64,000 nt of DNA from Mobula hypostoma (Eukaryota): positions 139,254,001-139,318,000 of the forward strand of contig NC_086097.1 in assembly GCF_963921235.1 (NCBI RefSeq), written 5' to 3'. Of this stretch, positions 37,324 to 50,312 are shown one piece after another. How positions within the stretch are numbered: the stretch's first letter is position 1; every line of letters starts with the position of its first letter. A model generated the notes under the pieces. It made no database searches, had not been told where the DNA came from, and saw only the letters and a program-made list of their open reading frames with translations. The position numbers and the translations under genes were made by a program.

Positions 37324-38528
37324 GTGAGCTGGTGCTTAAAGCTAATGAAACCACTGGGGTGAGTGGGGGTAAATCCTGGAACTGGTGTCTCACCACATAC
37401 AGGAGTCGGTACAGTGGATCCTTCCTCCTGTGGGACAGCTGCAAGTCTGGGATGGTAAACTCTAGGCAGCTCTGGAAGGAATTGTTCCTGGGTTTCTTTA
37501 GAAGCACAGGAAGAGGCCACATTTCCATCAGTCAGCTGCCTTTAGTGATCCCATGCCCCCATGCTGTCTGCATCTCATTGAACCCCAAATGTTTTCAAAT
37601 TCCCATTGAAGGTGTGATTGTCCCTGACTCTCCCTGTGGCAGATCACACCATTCACACTCGGCCTGTGAGTAACAGTGTTCCCCCACTCCCCCTCTGTGT
37701 GTATTGGTGAGCTCAGGATCAGGTGAGCGGAACACTGGGATTGAGGAGTACGTTATTGGGTTTGGGATTGGGCAAGTGGATCACCTGGATTGGGAGTGGA
37801 TCGCTGTGACTGAGGGGTGGATCTTTGGGTATGGGATCAGGCAGGTGGATTACTGGGGCTGAGGAGTGGATCGTTTGGGTTTGGAATTGTGGAGTGGGTC
37901 ACTGGACAGGTTGGTGATGCTCTTCAACTCACTTATTCAGCCATTCTTGGAGGTCCTTTTATAATTGGTTCATGACTTAAACAAGTGACTTTTTATGTGG
38001 TATGACAGCACACTTCATCAACAAACAGTGAATATACAGGGATTGCAACTGAGCAAAACATACCAGAGAGGCTAAGCCAGATACGATGCGATCCCAAGAC
38101 GCATTGTGGGTATTAATAGAGACTTGTGGCTTATTCAAACATGAAAGCAAAGTCCTGCACTTTCTGTAAATCTGAAGTGAAGCCAGAAAATGTTGGGAAT
38201 GCTTGCAGACCAGACAGGGTGTCTGCTGAGACAGAGAATTACCGTTTCACGTCAATAACTTCTCATCAGAACTAGAGCTAAATTGGAGATTAACATGCAG
38301 AGAAAGAAGTTAGGGAAGAGCACAAGGGGAGTTCTGTGACAGGCTAGAAGACAAGCGAGAGACAGCTCAGAGGAAGGTGCTAAGGGGGCAGTAGTGTTGG
38401 AAATCAGACTGGGCAATTAAATAGCTGGAGTAGCACTTGAATTCACTCTGGAGGGTTATAGTAATGGGAAGAATCACCTCTTGTTGATTGATTTTGATGA
38501 CCTGATTTCTCTTTTGTTTTACCATCAG

Positions 38529-38693
38529 GTACTGAAATGACCTGTCTGATCGGGCCACCCAACATCACAGTGGCTCCAGTTACTGTCTACATCACCGCAC
38601 TTGGCTTGGCAAAGCACTCAGGCAACCAGACATTCACTTTCACCTATGAGCTGGAGGTAGCCGGCATTTCCCCTTCCACAGGCAGTGCTGAAG
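38529..38693 (+). CDS. PKHD1L1: exon 19, IPT/TIG
   Basis: cag|GT...GAAG|gtagtg; TEMTCLIGPP...FTFTYELEVAGISPSTGSAEG; phase 1-1. Confidence 0.9.
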
Positions 38694-39919
38694 GTAGTGA
38701 CAGTAAAATAAATGAGCAGCCAATTAATTCACTGTTCATCAATACTTATACCTCTGCATGAGTGGTGCACAGCTACTTAAGTTGACCAAAAATTATTAAT
38801 ATTGAGTTTGAAGTTTCCAGCGGACTACATTTTGTGTGAGGTTCACCTGTTTTCATTGGACTTGCTGGAAGTATATATGGCATCTGGCAGCTTTTGTGTA
38901 AAAATTTCGATAACACGAGCTTTTTATTTCATTCTGATTGAGGCATAATTCTAAGATAACAAGTACACGAGTTGCTCTCACTTGGGCATCAGATTTCACT
39001 GTGAAACAGAGCAGCAGTTTAACAAGGTGGCTAAACTTGCAACAAATAGCCAAAAAGTGGACAATTGATGTCTTGGATAGGGACCTTTCATCTCAACCTA
39101 TAAAGTCAACGGTCTATTTCCCTCTAGAGGTGCTGCCTCGCCCATGGAGGCTCTCCAGCATTTAGTGTGTGATACATGTAGTTACCGAGTGTGCCAAGGA
39201 TCAAACCATGCTAGACGTTGTAATAAATCTTCCAGAGGATGAACTTCAGAAACCTCAGTGTTGTCTTGCTGTATACAACCAGTTTCACTCAAGCTAATAT
39301 TTACTCATCCATTAACATTTTATTGAATACAAAAACGAGGAACTCGGAAGGTTGAGCAGCATCTGTGGGGGTGAGAGTTGGGAAATGCATTGTCAAAGTT
39401 TTGTGTTGAGACCCTGCCTCAGATTCTACTGTAGTAAATGTGCTTTAAATGGATGGCCTTTTTAATTGTGGATTTAGGTGTACAGGGTACAGGTGATTAA
39501 TTACAGGCAGCAGAAAGGTACAATCAGAGTGTTGGTCTTTCTATGACTCCTGGATGTCTGTATCTGCCTGTCCTGTCAATGACTACAGATGCCTGTACCT
39601 AGCCTAACCTGTGTGTGGCTACTGGTTCCTCCACTTGAATAACTGCCATTAATGGGTCTTATCCACTGAGGCCCAGGCCCTGACCCAAAAAAGTGATTTT
39701 TTTAAACATGTAGATTGTTTTCCCAATCATGAATAAAGCTCACAAAGACCTGTCCTTTACAGAGTCATTACTGGCCTCCAGATCTCAAGTGAACTCTGCA
39801 GACAACACCACAGTATAGCAAACTCACTGTGCAGAGAAAGATGTGATCTTAGTGCTTTGATGTGCAGCCTGTCCCATCAACTCCAGCCTGGGGTTACTCA
39901 CACTGATGTCAGAGAAGAC

Positions 39920-41310
39920 TAAGATCAAGTTTAACTTTATCTCCATGGCATACAAACCCAGGTGTATAAATGCTGTGAAAATTAGCTTTTGCAGAACATT
40001 ATAAACACAGCAAACAGAAGTTAACATAAATTATACACATAACTTAATGATATAATAAACAATCACACTTGTGTAAGACTGAGGCAGAGAAGAAAGAAAT
40101 ATAGACCGAGCTAGTGTTAGGGTTTTTCAAGTTGGTTCGAGAAACAGATGGTGGTGAGGAAGAAGCTATTGTTCAACTATCATGTGTGAGTCTTCAGGCT
40201 GTTGTACCTTCTGCCTGATGGCAGCATTGAGAAGAGGGCGTGGTCTGGATGGTGCCTCTCTGAGACATTGGCTCTTGCAGATGTTCCTGTTGGTGGGGAG
40301 ATCTGTACCAATGGTTGAACTGGTCGTGTCCACCACTCTCTGTAGCCTCTTGCATTCCTGTACATTGGAGTACCCATGCCAAGCTGTGGTACAGCCAGTC
40401 AGAATGCTTTCCACTGTACATTTTGTCAGAGTCCTCAACGACAACTGGATCTCCTTAAGCAACATTTCCCTTAATGTCAGAAAAACTAAAGAAGTGGTCA
40501 TTGACTTTAGGAAAAGGGGTGGTGCATGTGCTCCTGTCTCCATTGAAGTTGAGAGGGTTGAGAGCTTCATGTTTCAAGGAGTAAACATTACCAATTGCCT
40601 GTCCTGATCTAACCATGTAGACACCACAGCCAAGAAAGCTCTCTAATGCCTCTAATTCCTTAGAAGGCTAAAGAAATTTGGCACGTCCCTGTCGACCCTT
40701 ACAAATTTCTATTGACGCGCCATAGAAAGTCTCATTGGCATTGGAGTTGGTTCCTTATTGTCCATGTACTGAGATACTGTGAGCAGCTTTTCTTGCACAC
40801 TATTCATACAGATCAATTCAAGTTCTGGATGATTAATGTCTTGGTGTGGCAACTACTCTGCAAGTGACCACAGAGAGTTGTGGACACAGCTGAGTGCATC
40901 ATGGAAGCCCTCCATATCCACACTTCTCTCTGCCTCAGTAAAGCAGTCAACTTAATCAAAGACCCACCCACCCCAGCCATTTTCATTTTCCCCTTCCATT
41001 GGAAAATAGATGTAAAAGCCTGGAAGCACGTAACACCGGACTCAAGGACAGGTCTACCCTGCTGTTATAAAAGTTTTAATTAGTTCCCTGGTAAACTTTA
41101 AATGAGAAACCTGACCTCACAAGCTACCTCATTATGAGCCTACACCTTATTGTCCGCCCGCACTGCACTCCCTCCCTATCTTTTTACTCAGCATTGTCAT
41201 TCAATTACCTTGTTTACAACACACTGTGCAATGAATGTGTCTGTATGAACAGTGTGCGAGAAAAGCTGCTCGCTGCATCCCGGCAAGTGGACAATAAGGA
41301 ACCAGTTCCA
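39920..41310. mobile_element. two divergently oriented Rex1-type LINE remnants
   Basis: Minus piece CTVESILTGCTTAW...LQRVVDT (to ~40425); plus piece LNVRKTKEVVIDFRK...FLRRLKKFG (from ~40455) with stops. Confidence 0.7.
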
Positions 41311-41748
41311 ATGCCAATGAAACCTCTAAGGAAGTGGAGATGCTGATGTGCCATCTTCATGGCTGACAAAGACAGATGCTCTGAAGTTCTCACCCACCCC
41401 CAGGCACATGAGGCAGCTCACTCTTTCCACTGCAGACCCTTCTCAGTGTTGGCCTTCACTCCGAGGTGGTGGACATCTGGACAGTCCCGAAGTGATGGTT
41501 AATTAATGGGGGCTGAGGGTCAGAGTGATGCATGTCTGGGTGTTAGGTTGGTAATTTGTTTGTTACGTGTGGAGATTGGAACACAGCCGGAGAGTGGATC
41601 ACTGGAGTGGGTCCAGTACGATGACAGGATAGCTCAAAGGGCTGACTGCTCCCTACAGCACCAACCCCTGGATGGGCCGTGAGTGGCAGCACTGGTATTT
41701 GAGCCCAGGCTATCATCAACTCTGCTGGCCTTTCTGTTTCTGCTCCAG

Positions 41749-41870
41749 GTGGGACCGTCCTGACGATATCCGGCTCCGGTTTCCCTCCCGGTGCAACAGT
41801 TCTCGTCGGAAAGAAGCCCTGCCGCCTCCTCACGCTGAGCCCCAGTGAGATGACCTGCAGTACGCCGGCT
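41749..41870 (+). CDS. PKHD1L1: exon 20, IPT/TIG
   Basis: cag|GT...GCT|gtgagt; GTVLTISGSGFPPGATVLVGKKPCRLLTLSPSEMTCSTPA; phase 1-0. Confidence 0.92.
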
Positions 41871-43056
41871 GTGAGTGGTCCGTGGCCCCTGGAGGCAGTG
41901 GAGGAGTGGGTCTGGATTGAGTGGAGGAATATGTGTGTGCTGGAGTGTGACTGGCTTCTGAGTCTCACTATGCCTGCTCCCCTTTCCCCCTCGCCTGCTA
42001 TGTACAAGTGAATGTTGTGTGTAAACCGGCTCCAAGCCCCTACAGCATCCCTTCTCCAAATAGAGCAACCTTGCCAGTTCACAATCCCACTGGGATGCAG
42101 ATATAGCATCCCCATTGTTTACATCCTTTCACTTACTAAGAGTGCATATCTGACTGTAATTTATTGATGTCATTCTGGAACACAATAGACACATTCCTGT
42201 CTATGTAATTATATCGAATGATTGCGATTTTAGCAATGAAATGAACCCATTTATTTTTGGGGGATACTCCACTTATCAACGAAACGTCAAAGAAGGAGGG
42301 TGCCCACCTGATGACCCCAATGACGTGCCTACCCTCCCTCCTTGTCACCACTCCAAACCCACTGCCAACATCAAGAGTGCCAATTTACCATAGGGGTTGA
42401 AACATCGAGTCCTAGTAGCTCTACTTCCTGTAACGGGCGTACGTGGAATTTCACACTGACATTTACCTGGCATTCACTCAGTGTTACACAAGGACAGAGA
42501 ATGCCTTGGATAAAGAGCCCCGTCATCTCAGGATGACTCTCTGTAATAGCTAGTTTCAGCCCTGTTAGAAAATGTCTGGAATGATATAATTGTGTCGAGG
42601 CATAATAAATGTTAGCTCTCGTGGGGAGCTGCAAGGGGAACTAATTCCGTTGGATGTCATAAATTGCAGTCACAAGCCATCTGCTGGTCCTTAACTTCAC
42701 CCGAACACACAATCCCTGAAAGCATGCTCAGAGGAGTTATAAATATTTAATAGTGTGAATTACAGGTTCTGCTGGAGTTCCACTAACCTTATGTAAGATT
42801 CATGAGAACAATTACCAGGTAGACTGACTAATGCGCACAGCCCGGGTTTCAAATTAGGTGCCAGCACTAATCCTAGGATCAAATTTCCTGGTGTAGGCTT
42901 CATGTTAATTATAATGCAACATGACTTCGTGTGGTAGTTGAAGTTATTCAGGGTTTTATTGGAGCTTACTAAACTTGCCATTTTGATTACATTTCATCTG
43001 CTCGGAGAAAATGACGAGAGAGCTTTTAATTCCCTTTCCTTCCTTTTTCTCTGCAG

Positions 43057-43189
43057 GCAGCGGCTGGAGTGGCCAATATCTCTGTGTTCACCGATGAAAC
43101 ACATAGCACGTTGCCCTTCAATTTCACTTACACCGAGGTGAAAATGCCGGCAATCTTGAAAGTAACTCCCACAGCGAGCAGTGTGGCAG
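43057..43189 (+). CDS. PKHD1L1: exon 21, IPT/TIG
   Basis: cag|GCA...GCAG|gtacgt; AAAGVANISVFTDE...NFTYTEVKMPAILKVTPTASSVAG; phase 0-1. Confidence 0.9.
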
Positions 43190-43589
43190 GTACGTCTGTC
43201 ACTTGCATAGGGTCCGAGGTCTGTCGGTGGCTGGCCTTAAATGTTTCAGGAGCTCTGAAGAGGTGGCAGAGGAGAATCACCAGGGCATTCAGTAATGAAG
43301 AGTGTGGCCTGAGGCAGTGTCTTCACCCGAACGATCAACAATTCTCCCATCCCCACAGATGCTGCTTGACCCACTGAGTCCCCCCCGGCAGATTGTTCCT
43401 TCACATTCCAGCATCCGCAGCCTTTTGTGTCTTCAGGAGGTTGTTACCTCGACTGGAGGACTTTCGTTATGGGGAAAGACGGGATAGGCGGGCCTTGTTT
43501 TCCCTGGAGCAAAGGAAGAAGTGGGCTGATTTGACAAAGGTGTATGAGCTGGTGAAAGGCATGGATCGGGTAGTTAACACACACAAAGA

Positions 43590-44790
43590 ATACTGCAAGA
43601 TGGGAATAAGCAGGTGACTGCTGTAGGGGTAGATGTGGCACTTGCTCCACTTGCAGGGTTCAGTAATGCCAGGAGGGAGGAAAGAGGGAGACATGTAGAG
43701 AGAAGTCCCTATGGAAAACAGAGAGTGGTAGGGAAGAGGATGTTGTGCTTCGTGGTAGGGACCCATTGCAGGTGGCAGATGTTACAGCGAATGGTGTGCT
43801 GGATACAGAGGCTTGTGGGTGACTAGGTAAGGACAAGAGGAACCTTATCCCTGTTACGGCAGGAGGACGATGGGTTCAGGACAGATGTGTGGGAAATGGA
43901 AGAGATGTGGGCAAGAGCACCACTGATGGTGGTGTGGAAACCCCATTCTTTCAAGGACGAGGACATCTCAGATGTTCTAGAATGGAAAACCTCATCCTGA
44001 GAACAGATGCCGTGGAGACAGAGGAACAAAGAAAGGGGAATTGCATTTTTACAAGTGACAGGATGGGAGGAGGTATAGTCAAGATAGCTGTGAGAATCAG
44101 TAAGTTTATAAAAGATATCAATAAATAGTCTGTCTCCTGAGATGATCAAGAAAAGGAAGAGGGATCTCAGAGATGCACCAAGTAAATTTAAGGGCTGGGT
44201 GAAGTTGAGGGAAAAGTTGACGAAATTGATGAACTCTGCATGGGTGCAGGAAGCAACACCAATGCAGTTGTCAATGTACCTTAGAAAGAATTGGGGAGCA
44301 TTACCAGTGTAGACTTGGAACATGGACTGTTTCACAAAGCCAACAAAAAGGCAGGCATAGCTGGGGCCATGCAGGTGCCCACGGCTATACCTTGGGTTTG
44401 GAGAAATTGAGAGGAGCCAAAAGGGAAATTGTTGAACGTGAGAACCAGTTCTGGCAGACAGAGGAGGGTGGTGGTGGAGGGGAACTTGTGAGACTGTTGT
44501 ACAGAGAGAAGCGGGGAGTTTTAAGGTCTTTCTAATGGGGGATAGAGTGCATAGGGACTGGATGTCCATCATGAACATTAGGCAATCAGGGCCAGAGAAC
44601 TTAAAGTGCTTGAAGTGATTGAGAACGTGTGAAGTGTCATGGATGTAGGTAGGAAGGACGTGAACCAAGGGGGACAAAATGGAATCAAGGTATGTGGACA
44701 CGAGTTCAGTTGGCAGGAGCAAGCAGAAACAATAGGCCTATCCGGATAGTCCGGTTTGTGGATCTTAGGTAGGAGGTAGAAGGTAGGGGA
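43590..44790 (-). mobile_element. older degenerate Penelope-like RT fragment
   Basis: PTELVSTYLDSILSPLV...GPSYACLFVGF...FLRYIDNCIG, homologous to the 20323 element, with frameshifts. Confidence 0.9.
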
Positions 44791-45262
44791 AGGAGGTAGG
44801 GCAGATGGTCATTTTCCCATGGTAGGGATATCAAAAACAAGAGGTGTGGATTGAAGTTGAGAGGAAGGAGATTTAAAGGGGATTTGATGGGTATATTTGT
44901 TTTGCACAGATTTACTGTGGTTGCTATCGGGAATTTGCTACCAGAGGAGGCTGAGGAATAAGACGTTTAAGAGGCAGTCAAGCACAGAGTTAAGTGGGCG
45001 AGGCATATTTGTGTATTGTCCTAATGCAGACAAGTGAGGATAGTGTGGATGGGCCAAAGGTCCTCTCTCTGTGCGAGGATCGTGTGGATGGGCCAAATGT
45101 CCTCTCTCTATTCTGTATCCCATGACTCATGCTTGCAATCAATTTTGTCTGCTCTCCAATGAATTTGAGTTTTTACCTTAAGAGGGAGCAAGGAGCCGAG
45201 GGCGGGAGGCTGCAGAGTGGGAGGTTGAGGTGAGAGCAGAAAGCCAGGAGTAGGGTTCAAAG

Positions 45263-46044
45263 CCTCAATTTAATGTCAGAGAAATGTATACAATATACAT
45301 CCTGAAATGCTTTTTCTTTGCAAAACATCCATGAAAACAGAGAAATGCTCCAAAGAATGAACCAAAGTTAAATGTGAGAACTCCAGAGTCTCCCCCAGTT
45401 CCCCCCTCCGCGCGTAAGTGGCAGCAAGGCAACGAATCCCCCCTCCTCCAGCAAAAAAAAAGTGCACCCGTTACCGAGCACAAGTGTGAGCTGAGCGATA
45501 GCAAAGACAGCCCTTGCAGTTATCCCAAAGACTAGCACATTTCATTTGGCATTCGGCAACCCACAGGTTCTCTCTCTCCCTAATAAGGAAGAGGGAGGTG
45601 ACCCCCATTTTCACAGTGAGCGGGAGACATAACAACAACCCACTGGTTTACGATGTTAAAAAGTCCATTTTATCTCTTTTTCAAGCTCTGTGCCCGAAGA
45701 TCACAAAAATCTCAGGTCTTCGGGCCCACAGCGAAAGATTTTCCAATCTCCCTGATGACACACGAGTCTCCTGCCGTGACACCCACCCTCGATCCGCCCG
45801 TCCCCAAGATCTTAGGCTTCCAAACAGTAGGCCGCCTCTCAGGCCAAACACTTGGCTTGCCAAACATCGGCCGGTCCTGAAACCCTGAGAATGGGTCCAA
45901 TTCCCGCAAAGTGCTGAAGTCTGCGTGTAACTCCAGGTCAGGGTCTTCAAAAGAACCCTGAAAGGGAAAAATAAAGATATTAAAGATGGAAATAGAGCTG
46001 TTTGCAAAGATGCAAGTAAAGGAGTCGCTGTTTAGCGCCATCTT
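45263..46044 (-). mobile_element. probable non-autonomous retroposon
   Basis: Minus strand begins aagatggcgc and ends tgtatacatttctctgacattaaattga; CpG-rich relative to flanks; no recognisable ORF. Confidence 0.45.
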
Positions 46045-46049
46045 AACTC

Positions 46050-46310
46050 TAATAGGGTGCCACTATTACACCTCGGTGTCAGAGTTCAGAGTTCAATTCC
46101 AGTGCCCTCTGTTAGAAAGTTTGTACGTGTGCATGTGGGTTTCCTCCGCGTACTCCGTTCCCTCACAGTCCAAAGACATATCGGTTCGAAGGCTAGCCGG
46201 TTGTTGTAAGTCGTCCTGTGATTAGGCTAGGGGTTACATCAGTGGGTTGCTGGGAGGCGCAGATCGGTGGTCAGAAAGACACCATGCTGTATCACTAAAT
46301 GAAATAAATC
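46050..46310 (+). mobile_element. tRNA-derived SINE
   Basis: gagttcagagttcaattcc B-box; body shared with the 2497 copy; A-rich tail. Confidence 0.6.
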
Positions 46311-46322
46311 AAAGTGAGGGGC

Positions 46323-46675
46323 CTGGGATAGGGTCAGAGGTCTGGGAGGAAGAAGGGAGCAGGCCAGGAGACTGCGGAAAGAAGACATCAAACTGGGATA
46401 GGCTTGGGGGTCTGGGAGGAAAAGGGGATCAGGCCAGGAGACTGCGGAAGGAAGACATCAAACTGGGATAGGCTTGGGGGTCTGGGAGGAAGAAGGGAGC
46501 AGGCCAGGAGACTGCAGAAAGAAGACATCAAACTGGGATAGGCTTGGGGGTCTGGGAGGAAGAAGGGAGCAGGCCAGGAGACTGCGGAAAGAAGACATCA
46601 AACTGGGATAGGCTTGGGGGTCTGGGAGGAAAAGGGGATCAGGCCAGGAGACTGCGGAAGGAAGACATCAAACTG
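46323..46675. repeat. 70-bp purine-rich tandem repeat, 5 units
   Basis: ctgggatagg recurs at 46323, 46393, 46463, 46533 and 46603. Confidence 0.95.
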
Positions 46676-46776
46676 CGGTCAATAGGTGCAGTGATCTCAG
46701 GGGTCGCTGATGGACTGATCACCTTTGAACCAGGTGAAAAAGAGCAGCCTAACCACATTAATAATTGCCTTGATAG

Positions 46777-46940
46777 GTGGTTCTAGTTTGACGATCCATG
46801 GGCAACCGATCTGGAGCCAGTCGTGTATTCATTGGGAACTCTGAGTGTCCGATCCTCCAGTGGTGGACCAACAACATCACCTGCCGGCTGCCCAGCCTGC
46901 CCCCCGCAGTGTACACCGTACAGACACATGCCCCTGACAG
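46777..46940 (+). CDS. PKHD1L1: exon 22, IPT/TIG, frameshifted near 46800 as sequenced
   Basis: tag|GT GGT TCT AGT TTG ACG ATC CAT G (GSSLTIH), then another frame reads GNRSGASRVFIGNSECPILQWWTNNITCRLPSLPPAVYTVQTHAPD AG|gtaggt. The 164-nt length is incompatible with the required phase 1-2. Confidence 0.8.
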
Positions 46941-47693
46941 GTAGGTCAGGCCTTCGGATTCTCTGTAGGAGATAAGCAAAATATCAGACACATTCTACAC
47001 ACGGTGCATTTAGAATCCCCATCATCTCCAACCCCAAACACATACTCTCACCTTCCGTCTCCATCCCTGCATACACTTCCTTCCTTCCCACTCTCTCCCC
47101 TCCCATCTTCTTGATCCTCTAGATCCCCAGCCTCTGCAATTCCTGTCTCCCCTATCTCTCACATTCCCCCCTCCCAACAACATCCAGCCCCGCTTCAGAG
47201 GGATGAGACCCTTCACTCGACTATAGATAAGCTAATTCATCACAGCTTTTGGCTGCAAGGACGCAAGCAAGAATGGTTCGAAACCTCCTGAACCTGGCTT
47301 CTGTATCCCAGCAGAATGCTTCCATTTGGTTTTATACTCATTTTCACCAATTTTGAGTACAAATTACCCCCTCTCCCAAGTGCTGATTGACACTTTGACT
47401 GAGACTGGCGTGTTTGTGACGAGCCTTTTTGCGGTTCACACAGCACAGGATTAGCACCTTCACACAAATCAAGGTAGAACCTCACCCTGGGGTGCAAAAT
47501 ATTGAATGTGTGACGCAGGAGTAATTGTGTGTTGTACCATGTCAGTGGAAACAAATTTCAGAATTCAGGTACTGTTCCTCTCCACCACCAGTACACATGA
47601 AACATGAATACTACCCCTTTGTCTTTAAAGACTCAAAGGGCCAAATGGCCTAATTCTGCTGCTATGTCTTAAGGTCTTTATCTTTCTCCACAG

Positions 47694-47836
47694 TAACGTT
47701 ACAAATGTTTCCATTAAGTACATCCTGTGCGTAACAGGAATGACACCCCGGCTGGGTTCACTCTATGGGGGCACAGCAATCACCATCTCTGGGGCTGGTT
47801 TCAGTGCCACCCCAGAAGAGAACACTGTCCAGCTTG
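47694..47836 (+). CDS. PKHD1L1: exon 23, IPT/TIG
   Basis: cag|T AAC...CTTG|gtaagt; NVTNVSIKYILCVTGMTPRLGSLYGGTAITISGAGFSATPEENTVQLG; phase 2-1. Confidence 0.92.
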
Positions 47837-47984
47837 GTAAGTTTGTGAGAAGCTGCTCTATTTCTCAGTGAAAGCTTCTCACCGGGCTGTTTTTATTCTG
47901 TTAACCTGAATTTCCACTTTAACCCTGTTCTGATAAAACCTAATCTCATTGTTTTGTTCTGTTCTGCATCGCTGATGTTTACAG

Positions 47985-48089
47985 GCTCCGTTCAATGTCC
48001 TGTTACCTTTGCTTCACCCAACGTGATTGAGTGTGTTCTTGGTCCAACTGGAAGAACTTTCATCATCACCAACAATGGCAGCCATCCAA
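47985..48089 (+). CDS. PKHD1L1: exon 24
   Basis: cag|GC...CCAA|gtatgt; SVQCPVTFASPNVIECVLGPTGRTFIITNNGSHP; phase 1-1. Confidence 0.92.
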
Positions 48090-48379
48090 GTATGTAGTAA
48101 CATCGCGAGGGTTCCTGTCTAGCCCACCGTCTCTCCATGTTCTAACTAGGAGCAGTGCAACAGGTCACTCCACCTTCACCCTATTCTGTAATTCAATTAG
48201 GTTTTGGCGGATCTAAATCTTAACTCCACTAGCCTGCCTTGTTGACTCCATTGACTCTAATAACTTGTCCTGTTGACACCACTGATCTGCCTTAGTTCTG
48301 CAGCAGTTAATTTACAAGAACCTAATAACGTTTACTCCCACTGGTCGCCTGGACTGACAACCCATTGGGGAGAGAACAC

Positions 48380-49600
48380 AGAACAACATTAGAAACAGAA
48401 GCAGGAGTTGGCCTTTCAGCCCCCAGAGCCGCCGCCTCATTCAGATCTCCCGATTCTCTTTCTCAACATCACTCTCTTCACTTTGGTTCCCTGAATATCC
48501 AAAAACCTAACGATCTCGGTCTAGAACTTACTCAGCAACTGAGTCTCTGCCGCCTTCTGTGGGAGAGAATTCCAAAGAATTCACCAACCTCTGGGTACAG
48601 AAATGTCTTCTCACCACCTGAAAGGTCCCTGATCTGACATCCCTGCGAGGGTAAATACCATCCTTGCACCTACATTCTCGAGCTCCTTAAGAGCTTTGTA
48701 TACTTCAGTGAGATTTCCTCTCAGACTTCTATAGAAAACCGGATCAGGGTCTGTTTAATGCGTGCTTACATGACGAATCAGATAGCTCAAGAATCAATCT
48801 GGTGCACCTTCATGGCTCTCCCTCTATCACAAACGTATCCTTCTTCAGGTAGGGACAGCTCATCTGTACACAACATCGTTGGAACAGTTTCACTTGGACT
48901 CAATATAATCGGAGCAAGAACTTTCTCCTCTTGTACTCAATCATCTGCTATAGTCCATTTACCTCCCCAGCTGCTTGGCGTATCTGTGCGTTAACTCCCT
49001 GTGATTTGTGTACAAAGACACCCGGATCCCTTTGAAAACCAGCACCTTGCAACCTCTCACTTTAAATGTGCACTGTTCTTAAATGTTCCTCTACCAAAGA
49101 TTTACATTTTCAGATTATTTTCCGCCTCCGTGAATTTAGCTATTCACCGCCTCTCTATATACTCCAAACTATCTATTTTCCTCACAAGCCCTGCCTTCAC
49201 TCTGCTCTATAGCATTGTAAGTCTAGAGACACCACACCTGGCCCCATCATTTCATCTCATTGATTGTGAACAGTTAAAATTAAGAGGCATAGATAAGGTG
49301 CATGATACCCATCTTTCCCCCAGGGTAGGGGGTCCTAGGCACAGGCTTAGGGTAAGAGGGAACATATTTAAGAGAGACCTGAGGGGCAACTTTTTCATGC
49401 AAAGAGTAGTGAGCATATGGACTGAGCCACCACAGGAAGTGGCTGAGGCAGGTATGACTTGGGAAACACTTGGATAGGTACTGTACGTGGAACGGCAGGC
49501 TGAGGGGACCAAGTGCAGAAAATTGGGTCTAGTTGTTGGGCACCATGGTCGACATGGACTGGTCGGGTTGACCGGCTGCATTGAACTGTGACTCTGTGAA
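48380..49600. mobile_element. degenerate CR1 remnants (minus, then plus)
   Basis: Plus piece LRGIDKV...RHRLRVRGNIFKRDLRGNFFMQRVVSIW; upstream minus piece with CR1-type tail. Confidence 0.6.
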
Positions 49601-50312
49601 TCTATGATAAGAGCCGAGCATTCAGCATGAATCTGTGACACCTGCTCCCAGCCTCCCAGCCAGAAAGTGACCCATTCATCCACACTCTCAGTTTTCTATC
49701 CTTTAACCAGTCCTCACCCTGTGCCACTCCGATGTCATGTGCTCTGTGTGGCACCTTGTCAAAGACTTTCTGAAAGCGCAGTTACACCCTATCCACAAGC
49801 TTCCCATGTATCTATTCTGCTAGTTACAACCTCTAGAAGCTCAGATCAGTCAAACATTATTTCCCTTCTATCAAGCCGTGTTGACTTTGCTTAATCCTGC
49901 TATTATTTTCCAAGTGCCCTGAAATCACTTCCTTAACAACATTCTCTCTTCTACTGAATCAGCCAACTGGTTGGTAACTCTCTCTCCTTCCTTCCATGAG
50001 TAGTGGGGCTCCAGATTTGCATTCTCTCCTACCTGGGTAAAGGTTTGAATCGAATTCAAAGACCATCCCCTCACCTTCTGGATTCCATAAAATCAGCTTG
50101 GTGACAAGTGTCAAAAAAAAATGTGTAATCTGTTTAATGTGATGTGTTCTGTTTCGGAAGAGAGCCCTTGCACTGAGAGCTATACAGTTCTCTCTACTGA
50201 AAGAAAGTTAGAGATTAAGGTTAAAATTATGCAAATTCTGATTTGCTAATCCTATTATTCAAATTGGTTTTATCTCTTGAGCTACTCTGCTGACTGCTTT
50301 CCTTTTGAACAG

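Noticed and set aside
41543..42115. Minus-strand 190-aa and 144-aa ORFs as antisense genes
   Set aside because: Shadow frames over GC-rich exon 20 with no recognisable domain; the same applies to most short ORFs in the track.
46781..46792. Alternative acceptor ttctag|TT rescuing exon 22
   Set aside because: Phase 1 entry gives GTT TGA, an immediate stop in the downstream coding frame.
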